A stretch of 64,000 bases of DNA, from contig JBHGNT010000002.1 of NCBI GenBank assembly GCA_043228905.1, positions 25,916,001 to 25,980,000 on the forward strand, read 5' to 3'. This document shows, one piece after another, positions 35,241 to 49,500 of this stretch. Under the pieces are notes generated by a model that was not told the DNA's origin, searched no databases, and worked only from the letters and a program-made list of their open reading frames with translations. Every line of letters starts with the position of its first letter. Positions within the stretch are counted from its first letter, which is position 1. Position numbers and translations under genes: made by a program. This stretch comes from Azolla caroliniana (taxonomy: Eukaryota; Plantae; Polypodiophyta).

Positions 35241-36419
35241 ATGGGTCTTTGCAAGCTTAAATCTTGTTTACATTAAAAAAACTCTTAGAAAGAAAAGTGA
35301 TTATTATGGTTCAAATTGTTAACAGCATGGCTAAGAACAAATCAAATGTAAGATAAGAATAGGAAAACAAGTAAAGAATGTATGTGTAATAACAAGAAGA
35401 AAATGTATGTGTAGTAACAAGAAGAAAATGATTACAAGAACACATGGAAGACTAGTGTTGAACCGGAATGCTTCATCAATTATTAGAGCACATGCTTACA
35501 TAGCATGGTTGGATTGGACATACTACCTTACATACTCACTACCTCAGATACATGCACGATCGCCACTTGCCATTCATGCAATCATGCCATTTGGTGATCA
35601 TGCATTACCTTGTATGAGGTTGCAACATATTGTAATATTATGTGTATGGCCTAGATTATCTCTAAAAAGTTATAATAAATATTATCTATGGTTCAAGTCC
35701 CCCTATGACCTTTTGTGGTGACATGATTATTGTGGTATTCAAAGTTGGCCTATATATACTTGCTAGTAAGATATAATTGCTTGATAACTAACAAAAAATA
35801 GTATGTGTGGCCTAATGGATAAGGCATGTGAGCTTTAATCAAGGGGTGTGGAATTCGAAGAAGAGCAAATCTCATATAACTCGCATGACAAAAAGGATGG
35901 ATAAAACCCTTATTTGTTGAGAATTTGATGAAAGACTCATAACAAAAGTGAGATTCATTGTTGCCTCCATCATTCAATTGTTGTGGCATAAATCTTCACA
36001 AAGCCTATGTTAGAATATTATGTGACTTCTCTTCATGCTCCAATGTGTCAGGTCAAGCCAAAGTCTGGAAGATGGATGTACATACCCCTCTTTAATGTCA
36101 TTCCTTGTGTAGATTTTGGTGGAAATTAGTTGAAAGTGATTAAACTCCCACCATTAGGAAAAACTTGGACTTTCATTAAAAAAGCTTGTGTTATGGTTAA
36201 CTTATCATTAGAACAATATTAGTGAGAAGATTCCAAAAAATTAAGGATCACTTGGTTTGGGATTATAATGTTAAAGTTGTGACCTTTTTTTACTCAAAGG
36301 TACACCAATCCCAATGATTGCCTCTAACCTATGCATTTTGGGAATATTCCAAATGTTGAAAATGTCCAAGACTAAATCCAAATTCTTAATGTACAATGTG
36401 AAACAAGGATGTTTGTGCA

Positions 36420-36526
36420 CCCCTCCATTGTCTTACTTTGTAACTGATGAGCCCACTACCTAGAGCATACGGTTCCCCTCCACTCTATTACTTTGCTACG
36501 GATGAGCCCACTAGCTAGAGCATACA
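36420..36526. repeat. ~56-bp tandem duplication
   Basis: cccctcca.t.t.ttactttg..ac.gatgagcccacta.ctagagcatac occurs twice. Confidence 0.8.
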
Positions 36527-39500
36527 CATAGCAGAATCTTAAGAATATGATCTACTTAATCTTATGAAATGCTTTTGAATTCAGATATTTCATCAATCTA
36601 CTTGTGAAATTAGAGATATGATGTTGTGTCAATAGCTCATTTCTAGGATGATTTGTTTAAATACTTGTCAGCAAATCCGCATAACTTCCTCAAAAATGAT
36701 GGTATTCACATTTATTTCCCATTTCTAATAATCACGGCAAAACATATAACATATTTTTAAATGTAACAATTGCATTTCCTAAAGAACTTAGACGTCCCAA
36801 ACGCAACGCTTTGTTTGTTTTCTACAAAAAAATTATGATACAAAATTAGAGAAAATGATTAAAGAAAACATTTTTTAAAGATCATGACTTTTATTCATCG
36901 TTCAAAACAACACTTATTTATAGATTTTGTTATCTAGATATTTATTTATTTAAGTTTTGTGTCCCTTGTTTATCGTCTCGAAAGGTTCTCATTCAAAAAC
37001 GGTAAAGCTCCAACCCTAGGGAGAAGGCCACTCATAGGCTTTGTTCAAGTAGGACTAGGAAAACTATTTTTTTGAAGAATGTTCTTTGGAGCGAAACAGT
37101 AGGCAAAAAAGAACACCTCTAATTGGTCCCGAGTTATTGTCATTACAGCTGAAAACACGGTATAAAAAGGCACCCCATTGTTCTTTATACATAATGTCTT
37201 GTTGTTACGTATCATTATCTTGCTCAATTTGGTAGCGTTTTAACACAAGTTTGTATTGCTCAAAATCCATAGAGTTGAACTAAGTATTTGCTTTGAAAAA
37301 TGTATTGATATTTTTGCATGATGTTTACATCATCTGGAATGGATGGTTTTACACTAACTATCTTGTATTGTGTTCTCTTTGTACCTTTTTATCTATGGAT
37401 ACACGAGCAAAGAAGATCAATGCACAACCTTGCATGTAGTTTCTTGTTAAACATGGGATATCCCCAAAATAGTTGCCAAGTCCAAGGTGTAATTAACATT
37501 TACTATTTTGTTTGCCTTATTGATTATCCTTGGTGTTCATGCGCTAATGTTAATTGGTTGCTTTCAAGACAATTTCTAGAGAGGAATGGCTTAGCCTATG
37601 AGGATTTGATTTTGTGTGTGCATATGTGTGTGTGTTTGCTCAAAAATTTTAGAAGAATCTACAACTCTAAACTCGTCGAATGTGACTCCAAATTGGCAAA
37701 GTCATTCGGAAAAGATGCCAAAAATACAATCGGGAGTGTACTAGGGTAATTAGCTAGAATTGTCACATGGCTTGTGAATCAACTTGAGATTCATGGATAG
37801 AATGCTAAATTGCCCATTTCACAACAATTTGGGGCGGAGGAGCTATTCTATTCCCATTATTGGGGCTTGTTTGTGTGGGTTTAACCACAACAATAAGTTA
37901 ATGTTGAAACTTTCAATCAACTCGTGATGTCTTACACTATTCAAATTTTCAATATATTACGAAGAAAAAATATGTTTTGCTCGATTTACGTACATGTCAC
38001 ACGCGTGTGCACGATATACCACTTGCAAGTCAGTTCTGGATACAATAAATATTTTAGATAGAGAGGAAGTAGGGAGAGGGGGGGGGGGGGGGGGGTATGC
38101 ATATGGCATGTGACAATGAATGTCATATCGTGAGGGTAGTGTCATGAACCAATGAACAAAAAGATGGATGACGACCACATACGAATGGTATTCGTACGGT
38201 CATCACAGGTTGGATTACATTACCACCAAACGTATAATCATTCTAATCAATTACCAGTCTTTGTGTCCAGATAGTAGTATGAAATGGTAAATATCCCATC
38301 TGATTCTATATAATGGTTTCCTTAAGTCGGGGCAATTATTCACCGAATAATCAGAGAAAGTTTAAAAGTTCCTAGAGTGGCATCCTTTTCCGCACCTCGA
38401 AAACAAAACCCAAAAGAAAGTAAGTCACCTCTTATCGTAGTCTCGGCTCATATTTCCAAAGATGCTTGCCCATGGCCCAAATTTAAGGTTTTTCTTTTAA
38501 ACAATCACATGGTGGTGGTTGTTGAATAATCATCTCTTGATCATATACACGATGCGTCATATCAAATGCCCACCATAAATGCTACTAGAATGTTCAATTT
38601 GTGTAAATGTGAAACTAGAGCATTAATGAGATCACTTTCCTTCTTTCTATATGTGTATGTCTCCTTTCACTACTGCACATCCACATAAATTATTGGTCCA
38701 ATTTGAATTCAATACCACATTTATGTTCTTCTCCCTTGGTTTGATAACCCCATGTGGAGTCACATCGTGAGTGTATGTTGTTCAATGCTAGTAAATAAAA
38801 AGAAATCGCTAGTATCTACACCATTGTAATAGATATGGGTACACGTCCGATGTCGTGGTCATTCTAATATGTTTTTAAATACTTGCTCCTAGTTGTGAAG
38901 TAATGGTTGCTTGGCATCATGTGTTTGTGTGTGCATGCTTTTACACTACACAAACAAAGAGAACATTTAGTAGGGTTCGAACTTGTGAAGCATCCTTGAC
39001 ACTCGTACTATTTCCTCAAACGTTTAGGTTTTTGTACCGTTGTCACTCGCCTAATGAATGGTAAAAAAAAGAATCAAGGGCAAACATCCCGATTCGCGAT
39101 TCCCTTGATTTCTCAAAACACAATAATGTGAAAGGATTTTTATACATTGAACAGAGACATGCAAAGTAACTTCTCGACATTATTTCTTACTTGGTTCACA
39201 AAGATAACACAATGCTCTACTATGTGGCATTGTAGCACACGCAGTTGTTTTCATGTTCGAATAAATTCTTATGTAGCTAGGGGTGATACCATCAACCACA
39301 TGATAGTCTCTATATGTGGATGGCTATTTATTTGCTTGAACACGTGTATAGTAGATTAAAGTCATGAAAGTACCTCGAAGGGAACACGATACATGTAAAA
39401 TCCGTGCAAATCAAAGAAAGGAGCCACTCTAAATCATGATATATCCTACATTACAAAAGTACGAAAACCTAATACTTAATGAAAACACATTAATTTGAGC

Positions 39501-40712
39501 TATCTTTTCTGTGGCCTCATAGAGTACATCAACGCCCTTATAGAAGCTCATTAGATGAGGCTTCGTTTTCTCTTGCATACAATATCACACATTCTTGGAA
39601 TAGAGCTTTGGGACACGTGCATGTGTCTAGACCGAAGAAATTTGGCAAATGCTACAATATGCACAAGGAGTGTGTAATTCGGATGTGCCCCCTCCCTTTA
39701 GGAAGACTATGGGAACACTCTCAAAGAAACATGTTTAATGAATAGATTGGATGCCTATTGTTTGTTGAGATTACATTCTTTCTTTAGTGTTAGCATTTTA
39801 CACACCAAATTAATGGCATACAACGCATCAATTCTACATATATATACACATATAACATATAAGTTATAACATACAAACAAGTACTTTTCTTCTTTCCTTT
39901 CATGCTCTCCCATGATTCTGGTTCAAATGATGATTGCTTTTTCTTTCATTGTATCTCCCAAGAGCAACATTTGTCTCTCAATGTAGGATAGTGTCTATGT
40001 ATATGTACATCACAATCTTCTGTAGCCGCCAACCTATGTGCCACTTCTCCCCCTAAACTCCATGTTAATATATCAGTTGACCTCATTGCTTCATTAGTTT
40101 GGCACAAGCAACTAAACTATAGCCCAAGTAAACTATCTTTACGAGTAGATCTCTCTTTTCATCTTTCTTTTTTTGTTGTATTTGAGTCTTCTGTGATCAA
40201 GTTGTCTCTCTCTTCTCGTCCCTAAACCATTACACAAGTTTGCTAACCATGACTACATAAGTTGTGTAGGAACTTTTCCTATGTTCAGAAAGATGTATCA
40301 AGTGACCAATCAATTCAAATTTGTATTCATTGACATGAAAATCTAGCATGAAGTTGGTAGAAAAATGGCACACATTAAAAGGAAAGTTTTATGCATAATC
40401 GCTAAATCAAGTGGTATATAAAAGAAGAAGGTGCATCTATGAAAGACAAGATCGATGTATGTCCATTGTCAAGCACTCACAAGAATTTCGCTAGTTCACA
40501 ATTGAAATGGAGCACATATCTCTTTCAAAAACGAGGATGCAAGATTAACAAAGAGTGACTTGGAATATTGCATGATTGAACTTAACAAAAGCACAAATCA
40601 TTGAACTTTATGAGAGCACAAATCTATATTTATGAAAGGTTGTAGGGTGCATGAATCAACTTGTATCCTGGATAAACAGAACAAATATCAAAGCTCCAAA
40701 CAATCTGAATCA

Positions 40713-40940
40713 GACATACATTTCATATACACGCACATACACAAACACGAATGCAGATGCACATCCATATTCACACACATCCATATCCCACGTATGAGCT
40801 AACATACACATAAAATATGTGTCCACACATGACCACAACCACATTGACAATAACACACATACATATACATGCACATGGACATATCCAGATGCATTCACCC
40901 ACCCTAATATACATGTCCATATACACATACTTGTGCACAC

Positions 40941-41001
<61 letters not shown>

Positions 41002-41195
41002 TACATATAATGCACATGGACATATCCAGATGCATTCACCCACCCTGATATACATGTCCATATACACATACTTGTGCACACATACACATACACATACATA
41101 TACATGCACATGGACATATCTAGGTGCATTCACCCACCCTAATATACATGTCCATATACACATACTTGTGCACACATACACATACTTGTGCACAC

Positions 41196-41250
<55 letters not shown>

Positions 41251-41270
41251 TAACACATACAAATGTCCAT
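40713..41270. repeat. Minisatellite: three ~70-bp cores separated by (CATACA)n arrays
   Basis: atgcacatggacatatc.ag.tgcattcacccaccct.atatacatgtccatatacacatacttgtgcac at ~40869, ~41010 and ~41104. Confidence 0.92.
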
Positions 41271-41515
41271 GTATTGTATAATGTCAATGTATGAGAGTGA
41301 ATTTGAAAGGAGGGTTTCTTGGAGAGGTGATGATGCTAGCATTCTAAAAGAAAAGCATAGGTATTGTAAGCAAGTAAGTAGCCCAAGTACTCTGAGATGA
41401 GAGAGAGAGAGAGAGAGAGAGAGTACTCAGACAGACAAACTCTGTTCAGTTTGACTCCTCCCAAATACTGACTCAAATACAGGAAAACAAAATAAAGAGA
41501 AAAAATAAATAAAAC

Positions 41516-41564
<49 letters not shown>

Positions 41565-41809
41565 TCTCCGGATTCTGTCTGCTCTATTTCCTCTCTATTT
41601 CTCTGATGTATGCTTTTATCCTTCAGAATCCACCTTGAGACCTTGAGTTTCACTCTGTTTTCTGAAAGGCATATATTTTATTACATATACAAAGAAAGGG
41701 ATGCAAGTTATTACTACTTATCCTCTTCTTCTTCATCCTCGCCTTCGCCTTCGCCTTCGCCTTCACCTTCACCTTCGTCTTTATCATCATCTTCTTCGTT
41801 TACATCTTC

Positions 41810-43698
41810 ATGGATTCAAGAAGTAGCGAGGGAGGTCTTGCTACCAAAACTTGTCAGCATGATTTGTTCTTCACTCATCGACGTCTCTCCTTCCATTGCC
41901 CTGATCTTCCCCACCCTTTGGATCAAGATCTTCACTTTCTTAACCGCAGGTAACTCTCTTTTCTTTTCTTTTTCGTTTGTTATCTCGTGTTTTCTTATGT
42001 ATACCTTAGAAATTTGATGTGGGTTTTGGAAAGAAAGCCCAGATATCATGTTGGTTACTGAAACAAATCCTACAAGTTTATGGCAGTTCGTGTAAGAAAT
42101 CTAGAAACTAGAAATTATGTCAGAAACCCTAGGATTATGTTGGTGTTATAAGAAACCCTCGAAATTATATGGGTATGTGAAAGGAATCCTCGACAATGTC
42201 TGGTTTTTTGAAAGTAATTGTTGAAATTTATGTTGGTCTGTATAGAAAGACGAGAATCTATGTGAAAACCCCTAGAATTTATGCGAGAAACGGTAGATAT
42301 TATGTGGGTCTGTGAAGGAAACCCCAGAATGATTATCTGGATCTTTGTGAAAGCTTTGTTCTTGTCTAGGAACTCTTATTATAGTTAATTTATATACAAT
42401 TTTGAGGTTCTTGTAATAGACATCGAGTTCTTGCCATGCGTAAACAATAGAGTTCTTGTAATAGATATACACATATTTTAGTGGTTTTGTTGGTGTTATT
42501 TACACAAATATTAGGCTTTTAGTTCTAGATGGTTGTATGAATGTGGAAATTTTAGAAGATTTTTTGTCATTACACATGCATTTCTGGGGTTTCGCTGCAG
42601 GTATACACAAGTTTTTGTGATTATGTTGCATATACAGTAGTTATATACAAATTTCATGGTTTTTACAGTCATATACAGAATTTGGGTTTTTTGATGCAGT
42701 TATACACAAATGTAGCGTCATTGAGTAGATAGGATTTATGGTATGGGTTTTCAAGCTTTTTTACGAAGTCGTGAAGCCCAAAGTAAAGTTTTGCATGCAT
42801 TCAATGATGAACTTCAAACTTCTCTATGGACCCTCAAAATGTTATATTACTCTAATTATCTATATATAATTAGTGTTTTATATCATTATTTGAGTTTCCA
42901 TTTTGGAATCTTTTTAAAAAAAGTTTAGGTTTTATTTGAAGCCCAAAATTTATTTACAAGTTTTTGCTATTATTGAGGGCTACATTCATCTCTATCTTTT
43001 CCATTTTCTGTATCATTATAAAGTTGATTGAATGAATGAATGTAGTGATCTCAAAGCACGTTTGAGTTTATCTTTCAATGTCCTTCACTTGCGGTAGAGT
43101 ATATAAGGACGATATACCATAGATAACCCTAATATTTTGGATATTTATGAGAATACCTGTAAGTTTTCGAAACTTGACAGAATAAATCACTGTATATTAA
43201 AGAGCGTACTCCAATAATTTATTGAAACCTTAGCTGGTGGTTCCCCCTTTTTGGGCATAAACTGATTGAAGCTTTATGTTAAAGATAATGTATGAATACT
43301 TTTTTCTGGTTAGGTTAAAGGAGCAAAGGGATCGAAATCTCGCACCCTTGATTCAGAAGAATGAAGAGCTGAATGCAGAGCAACAAGCTCTTCTTCTGAG
43401 GAATAGTGAGCTCTATAGCCAAAAGTTGCTGCTTCACCTCGAGAATCAGAGGCTTAAACAACAACTTGAAATAGAGTTACGAAATCGTCAACAAAAGGAG
43501 AATCCTGGTTCATTATCACCCTCATCATCATCGTTATCATCCTCGGGATCAGCCTCTTCATTAGTGCTTGAATATTTCTCAAGTGATTCAGATTCTGAGG
43601 ACGAGGATGAGGTATTCTTCTTTTTATATGGTTTCATTGCCTTAGTGATAGTGGTAATAATTTATTGTGGTTTTTCTTTCCATTATCTCTCATTATAG
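41810..43698 (+). CDS. Putative spliced orphan gene: coiled-coil protein with Ser/acidic tract
   Basis: Exon 1 at 41810-41949 ends in phase 2 (AG|GTAAC) and joins in frame to exon 2 from 43314 (TAG|G TTA AAG GAG). CT-rich leader upstream. It ends either at the 43698 stop or via the 43611 donor to a mini exon at 44139-44153. Confidence 0.55.
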
Positions 43699-44559
43699 TG
43701 GAACAAATCTACACCTCAATTTTGGGGGTTTTATACGTAAGAAATTATGGTGAAATTTGCTTTCCATTATTTCTCATGATAGTAGAAACGAATTCACACC
43801 ACAAAGTTGGTATGCTTCTATGTTATGAAAGCATAAGCATAACTAAGTCATTTGGGAGCTTATAAAGGGTAGAATAGATCCATTTGTGTCTGGATATCTA
43901 TAATGTTGTCAGAGGGTTTCCAAATGAATGAAGTCCTAGCCATTCTTATGCGCAGCCTGGGTATTGAGTTAAGTTTGTATTTAACTCTCTGCTTGATATG
44001 TGTTAATTAATCATATTTGTTAGTTAATTATGTTTATTAAGGTAGTTGATAGACTGATTAATGAAAGTAGCATTGGCATAGATAGCACATGGCAATAAAG
44101 AGTGTTTTCTAATTGTAAGGCTGAATTATGACATGCAGGTTAACCATGGCTGATGAATTCGTTAGAAGCAGCCTGTTCTCTTGGCAGAGCAAATTTTATC
44201 AATCAATAGAAGCTTGATGGACATGAATGAAGTCTACTTTTTGTTTTGTTGCACATATCCTGTAGGGAAGCAAGTCTCTATTATTATTGTACCACATAAA
44301 ATGGTTACTCTGCATCTTAGCTCCTGTATTGAACAAATTTGCTTTGTAAATAAATTTATGGCTGCTATCTTCCGTAAATCCATCCAAATGTGACATGTTT
44401 GTGTGCACGTGTTGACATTGTTAACTCCTGTATTAACATCTACAAAAGGCCAACATGACCAAAACATCTAGTTTAAAGGATATTTTTGTCTCCTCATAAG
44501 GCCAAGGCCCAAAAGCACGACCCAAGCAAGGGAGTGAAAAGTAAAACAAATCATTCTTT

Positions 44560-45830
44560 AACTATCATAAGTTAAGTAGGTACAAATAGGTACAAAGAAG
44601 GAAAAATAGATGTCAAGGGTATGGAATATTGTATTCTTCCATGACCATTGTGGCCCATGGAGAATTGCCCATTTGCTAAACTTTGTTGGTTGTGATGCAA
44701 TTTCCTGAGTTCCTTGCCTTTGCGTGTAAGTTGGATGACAATGAGCTCCCTTGTGATGAATGTGATCCATCACTTGGCCCCTCTATTGAAGCAAGGTTAG
44801 GATGGTTCACAAGGGAAATGTCGAACTTTCGTTTTGGATTGTTATCAGAGGATGCATGTGAGGGTTTCATAATGTAGAAACAATATTATGGAAGGGTCTC
44901 ATCTTGTAGAAACAATATTATGTTACTGTCATCACCAAAGAAATAAGTGATGTCTTAGAGTGTGAATCCAATCATCCTAAGCATATATGAATGTGCATGT
45001 GACCATCGGATCTGAAAATTTTATATCTGTAACTATCGCACATTAATGTAAGGCAAGCCCTTAATAATTAACCAAAAAGTTTGAAGCTATTGTCTAATAT
45101 TTTCTCAGGTCACCTCTTCCGAAACCGCCTTATGAGAATGGGGGCTCTTGCTTTACCTCACTAACAATAGAGTATATAACACAAATGGAAACATAGAGAT
45201 AGTGAAGGCTTAGAATGTAGGGGGATGACAAGAGATACTCTTGAATCTCATCCTATGAACTCAATCACAAGTTGTGTCTTTGATGGCATGAATTGTTGTT
45301 TTCCATAAAGCTATGGGGTGTTTGAACACAATAAATCATTGGTTCTCATGTCCTCTTATGTAGGCCACTTCTCCTATGTAATGGGTCCTGTAGTTAGAAC
45401 ATGGGTGCTCTAACAAGTAGGTTCTCTCCACTACAATTTATTAGACATCCCCATTGGAATTTGATACAAATTTGCGTCTTTTTGTATCATCACCATGCTA
45501 GTATTTCTGAAGGTAGATGAGGGTATCTTCTCTCACAGATATCACATAAAACAAACAAAACTTCACTTACAATGACCATCACCTTGCATCTAGATGGAGG
45601 ATGTAATGAGGTTTTATACTATTAAGAGAATCTACAAGGCAAAGTAGTAGATGTTGGTCCTTCATTCATCTTCACACATTGTTCCCAACATTAATAAACA
45701 ATGGATGAACTTCATTCATCTTTCTTGTTCAAGCATGGTTTGTTTTTCCATGAGAAGGGAAAAAAGTATATCTTGTTGTATCAACTCTTCAAAACTGTGG
45801 TTGTATTTGTGTGACAATCACGAGGTGAGG
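44560..45830 (-). mobile_element. Highly degenerate copia integrase/linker relic
   Basis: Minus-strand traces resemble TTRYT...KNQTMLEQ (integrase) and W...MEEYN (start of RT). Confidence 0.4.
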
Positions 45831-46552
45831 AGACATGTTATATTAATGATGCCAAAAGAATAACCGATAATTAATAATCTTACAGAATAACTAATAAAAA
45901 TTATAGCCAAAATCACATTATAGCTAAATTAGCTATAATGTGATAACTGAGAATCTTAGAGAATGACTGATAATAATTAGAGGCAAAATCACATTATAGC
46001 TAAACTAGGTGACTAACTAGCTAGCATGAGATAGTGGATCTTTGGAAAGCCTCTACTCTGGACTTTCCAACAATGCATTTTAATACTCTGCGCTCAACGC
46101 ATACTGAAATGATCTCAAACATCACTAATGTTTACTGAAGTTTAGGATCATCATTAACAAATTTGTTCATGATGAAGACTAAGTACACAAACTCTTTCCA
46201 AGAGACAACCGATACAGAATGGAAATTTCAAGAAAATGGAGATAGATGTAATATTGGTCATCATGCAAAGGCATGTGAGAATTGTATAAGTGGAGTATGG
46301 AGCAGGAATCTTGATCTAGTGAAAAAGAATGGATTCTAATTTCTAGAATACACATGCACAACTTGGCAAACTGTGTGCACTCCAAATATAGATTGTTCAC
46401 CATACATATATACAGAAGTCCAAATATCCGCACCTAACAGCGACGGGTGGATTTCAGTACGAGCAATGAACATTTTGTCAAATGAAGGAATTAGTATATT
46501 TATATCATAAGCTATCATCTTTCCCGATCATTTCATACGCTCAGACACAATT

Positions 46553-49500
46553 TTAAAATTGTAGAGATTGTAACGCAACTTTGGCAGCAAGTGATGATCG
46601 ATTCAGCTGAGCATGTTTGGTGACCTTTTGCAACCGTTGCAATGTATCAGTTGTTTCCATCGCATTCATCCTCTCTTGTAGCAGTGCCTGTAATTCTGTG
46701 GTACCAGCACCTGTGAAAAGAAATTCAACACACAGTTTTTAGGGGCCAGGGAATCAAGAATGCTAGTGTAGGAAACAAAGAAAACAAATTAACCCATATA
46801 TCCCAAGCTTCACCCCAATGGAAATTTTTACATTAGATCAGATACGGTTTATTTGAGCCCTAATTTATCTTACATGAGTGCTGATTGAAACATGTTAGCT
46901 ATTTCATAGCTAACACATCATCCATATAATCTACAAATGCCTCATCTTTTATAGTATGACATCTCGTCTTGCACATGTGCCCTCTCCCTTATTTTCTGGT
47001 GATACGGATAGTTTCTAAAGGTTGATTCACTATTATGCACATACCTCAGCATGGTGTATACACCTAGAAGAAATAGGCAAACCCAGCCCAATGAAATTTA
47101 AGAGAAAATTCCAAATTCCCCAACATTTTTTGGATATTTACCATCATACCTCCAAGCTTTTACAAAAAATACCAGAAACCCTTCTGTATTAAAAATTATT
47201 CGAGAGGTATTATGGTCATTTACTTAGTGGAATTCTGATAACTACTCAGAAAGTTAGGAAATTTTTTGTGTTTTGCCCATAAAAATATCGCGTAGTTACC
47301 ATCACAAATAGCAGAAATTTGGCTTGAAACTTCAAATACTCACTCTTAGATATACTAAACTTTAAATCCCTGTAAACTAGTGATATCCATAACCAGAATG
47401 TATCACAGTCGTGAAAAGTTGACCTTTTTGTGTTTCAAAAGTCATGTTGTTTCATGCAACCCCAGAGAATACTATACCTTCTTCAAATTTTGCTCTAGAC
47501 AACCTACTCAAGATAGTCTACAAAATGTATTGTAGATTAATATACATTAGTTTTCTGTTCTAGATAACTATCCAGAGGCCAAAGTAGTATCAGCACAGAA
47601 AGCAAGCTGACCACATGTTTTGCAAAAATCGAAAGAAATGTAAATTTTGGTCTGTATCGAACAACTTACTTGCTACTGGCTGTAGTGCCGCAAAAGAGAG
47701 GCTCTCAGCTCTAGAAGGCATAAAACTCTTGGAAACATTTGTAAAATCCCCTTTCTCAGCCCATTTCAATGAGTTCTCTAGAGGTGTTTGAAGCAACTCA
47801 TCTTTTGAAGCCTGCAAAAAGGAAACAGAAATATTAGACACATCTATACATCCAGAAGTCGATAGGAAAAGACAAAAGTTTGCATTTTATAAGAGGAATT
47901 AAGACAAGCCGCACAAACTGTCAGATACTTATTTACAAGTTTCTTGTTCGGAAATAGTATGAAATGTGTTCTTTGGAAAAGGGTGTCCACGATATATTTA
48001 GAATGTACTCTGCTCTGACAAACTTATTGTTCAGTCTAAACATGCAGATTGTACTAGCAAACATATTAAGGAAATCCTCCACTCCTTTTCTTATCATGGA
48101 ATCCTTTCAGATATTTTTGAATTTTAAGAGAGTAAATACGACAAGCAGCATGAACGCACACTACTTTGAGAAACTTACATGCCACTCTAAGTAAGCTGGT
48201 TGTATCAGCAAACCCTCTAATGAAACACAAAGTTCAGATTTTTGTCATTTAGTTTTTAGTTTATATCTTGGAATCATGTTCGTCTTTCACATCCATGGTA
48301 CATTTCATTATTGTCATCGACCAAATTTGGCTTCAGGATTATGCTAGTACACCCCCTTCTTTATTCCCTTCCTTTTTGTTTGTTTACATGAAACTTTCAG
48401 TACAACGGTCACAGCATACATTGTACATAATCCATACACCATAGATCGCATGATAGAAAAGAAGTGAGTTCTTGGAAGGTGAAATATTCATATCTTAAAG
48501 TTCAGCCTCTGTAGTAAAAATGTCATAATATCCAAGATAGTTGGAAGTCGGTTCAGTGTCGTCTTTCATTATAGTCCTGGTATATTACGTTTAGTTGTTA
48601 CAAATCCATCCATAAAGGTAAGCATTTGTGCTTACCCTCCTAATTTCCACAACACACCAACAAGAAAAACTGATTTATGCAGAAAATTTTGCCAATGTTA
48701 TGTATCATCAGCTATACTCCTATACACATATTAAGCATAGGAATATATTTTAATTTAATTCCGTAATGATATTAAATTTTCTATTTGACTCTATTTGATG
48801 CTTCAAAAAAATCAGACCCTCAGTTTGATCTGCAATCTTTGTACATCTGTCAAGACTGACTTTAGTGTTTCTACAGCTGCATCGATTTCAGAGATCTCAG
48901 ACGTAGGTGTATCTTGCACCGGAATTACACTGCCTTTCAAGAATGGTTCCAGCTGCCAGAAAACAGAAACAAGAAGCTTAAATATTAATAAGAGAGATGT
49001 GTAGATCTCATAAATCCATCCAGATAACTATTATCCATATGCAAAATATAATATAAAATGAATAATAAACACAAAAATATAATTTGCATAGAAACCTGAG
49101 TCAGATTGGCTAAATTAACACGTCCAATACCTCTGATTGTTACCAATGCCCCAATTTCCATTTGCCTTACCTGGAAATGACACAAATGCACATAAATCAC
49201 ACTGGCAGAAGTAGAACTCATGTAGCGCAGTATAAGCTATAGTATAGTATTTCTGCATTCAGTATTATGTGCTAGGACTTGCAATAATGATTGCCTAACT
49301 AAGTAACAATCAGTAGCTCAGTCGAAATTCTAATAACATATTGCCACATTTTCTAGTCAAATCCCATGTCTATACTTCCAAAATATCTCCTGGTGAAGGC
49401 ATAAAATTGAGGCAACTCAAGTATTTTCATTCAATTATGTCTATTCGTCATGTCAGACATCAAAAGATCTAAGCATGTTTGGAATATAAATTGTCGTAGA

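Noticed and set aside
40710-41342. His/Thr- and Val/Tyr/Cys-repeat ORFs
   Set aside because: Translations of (CATACA)n and the minisatellite
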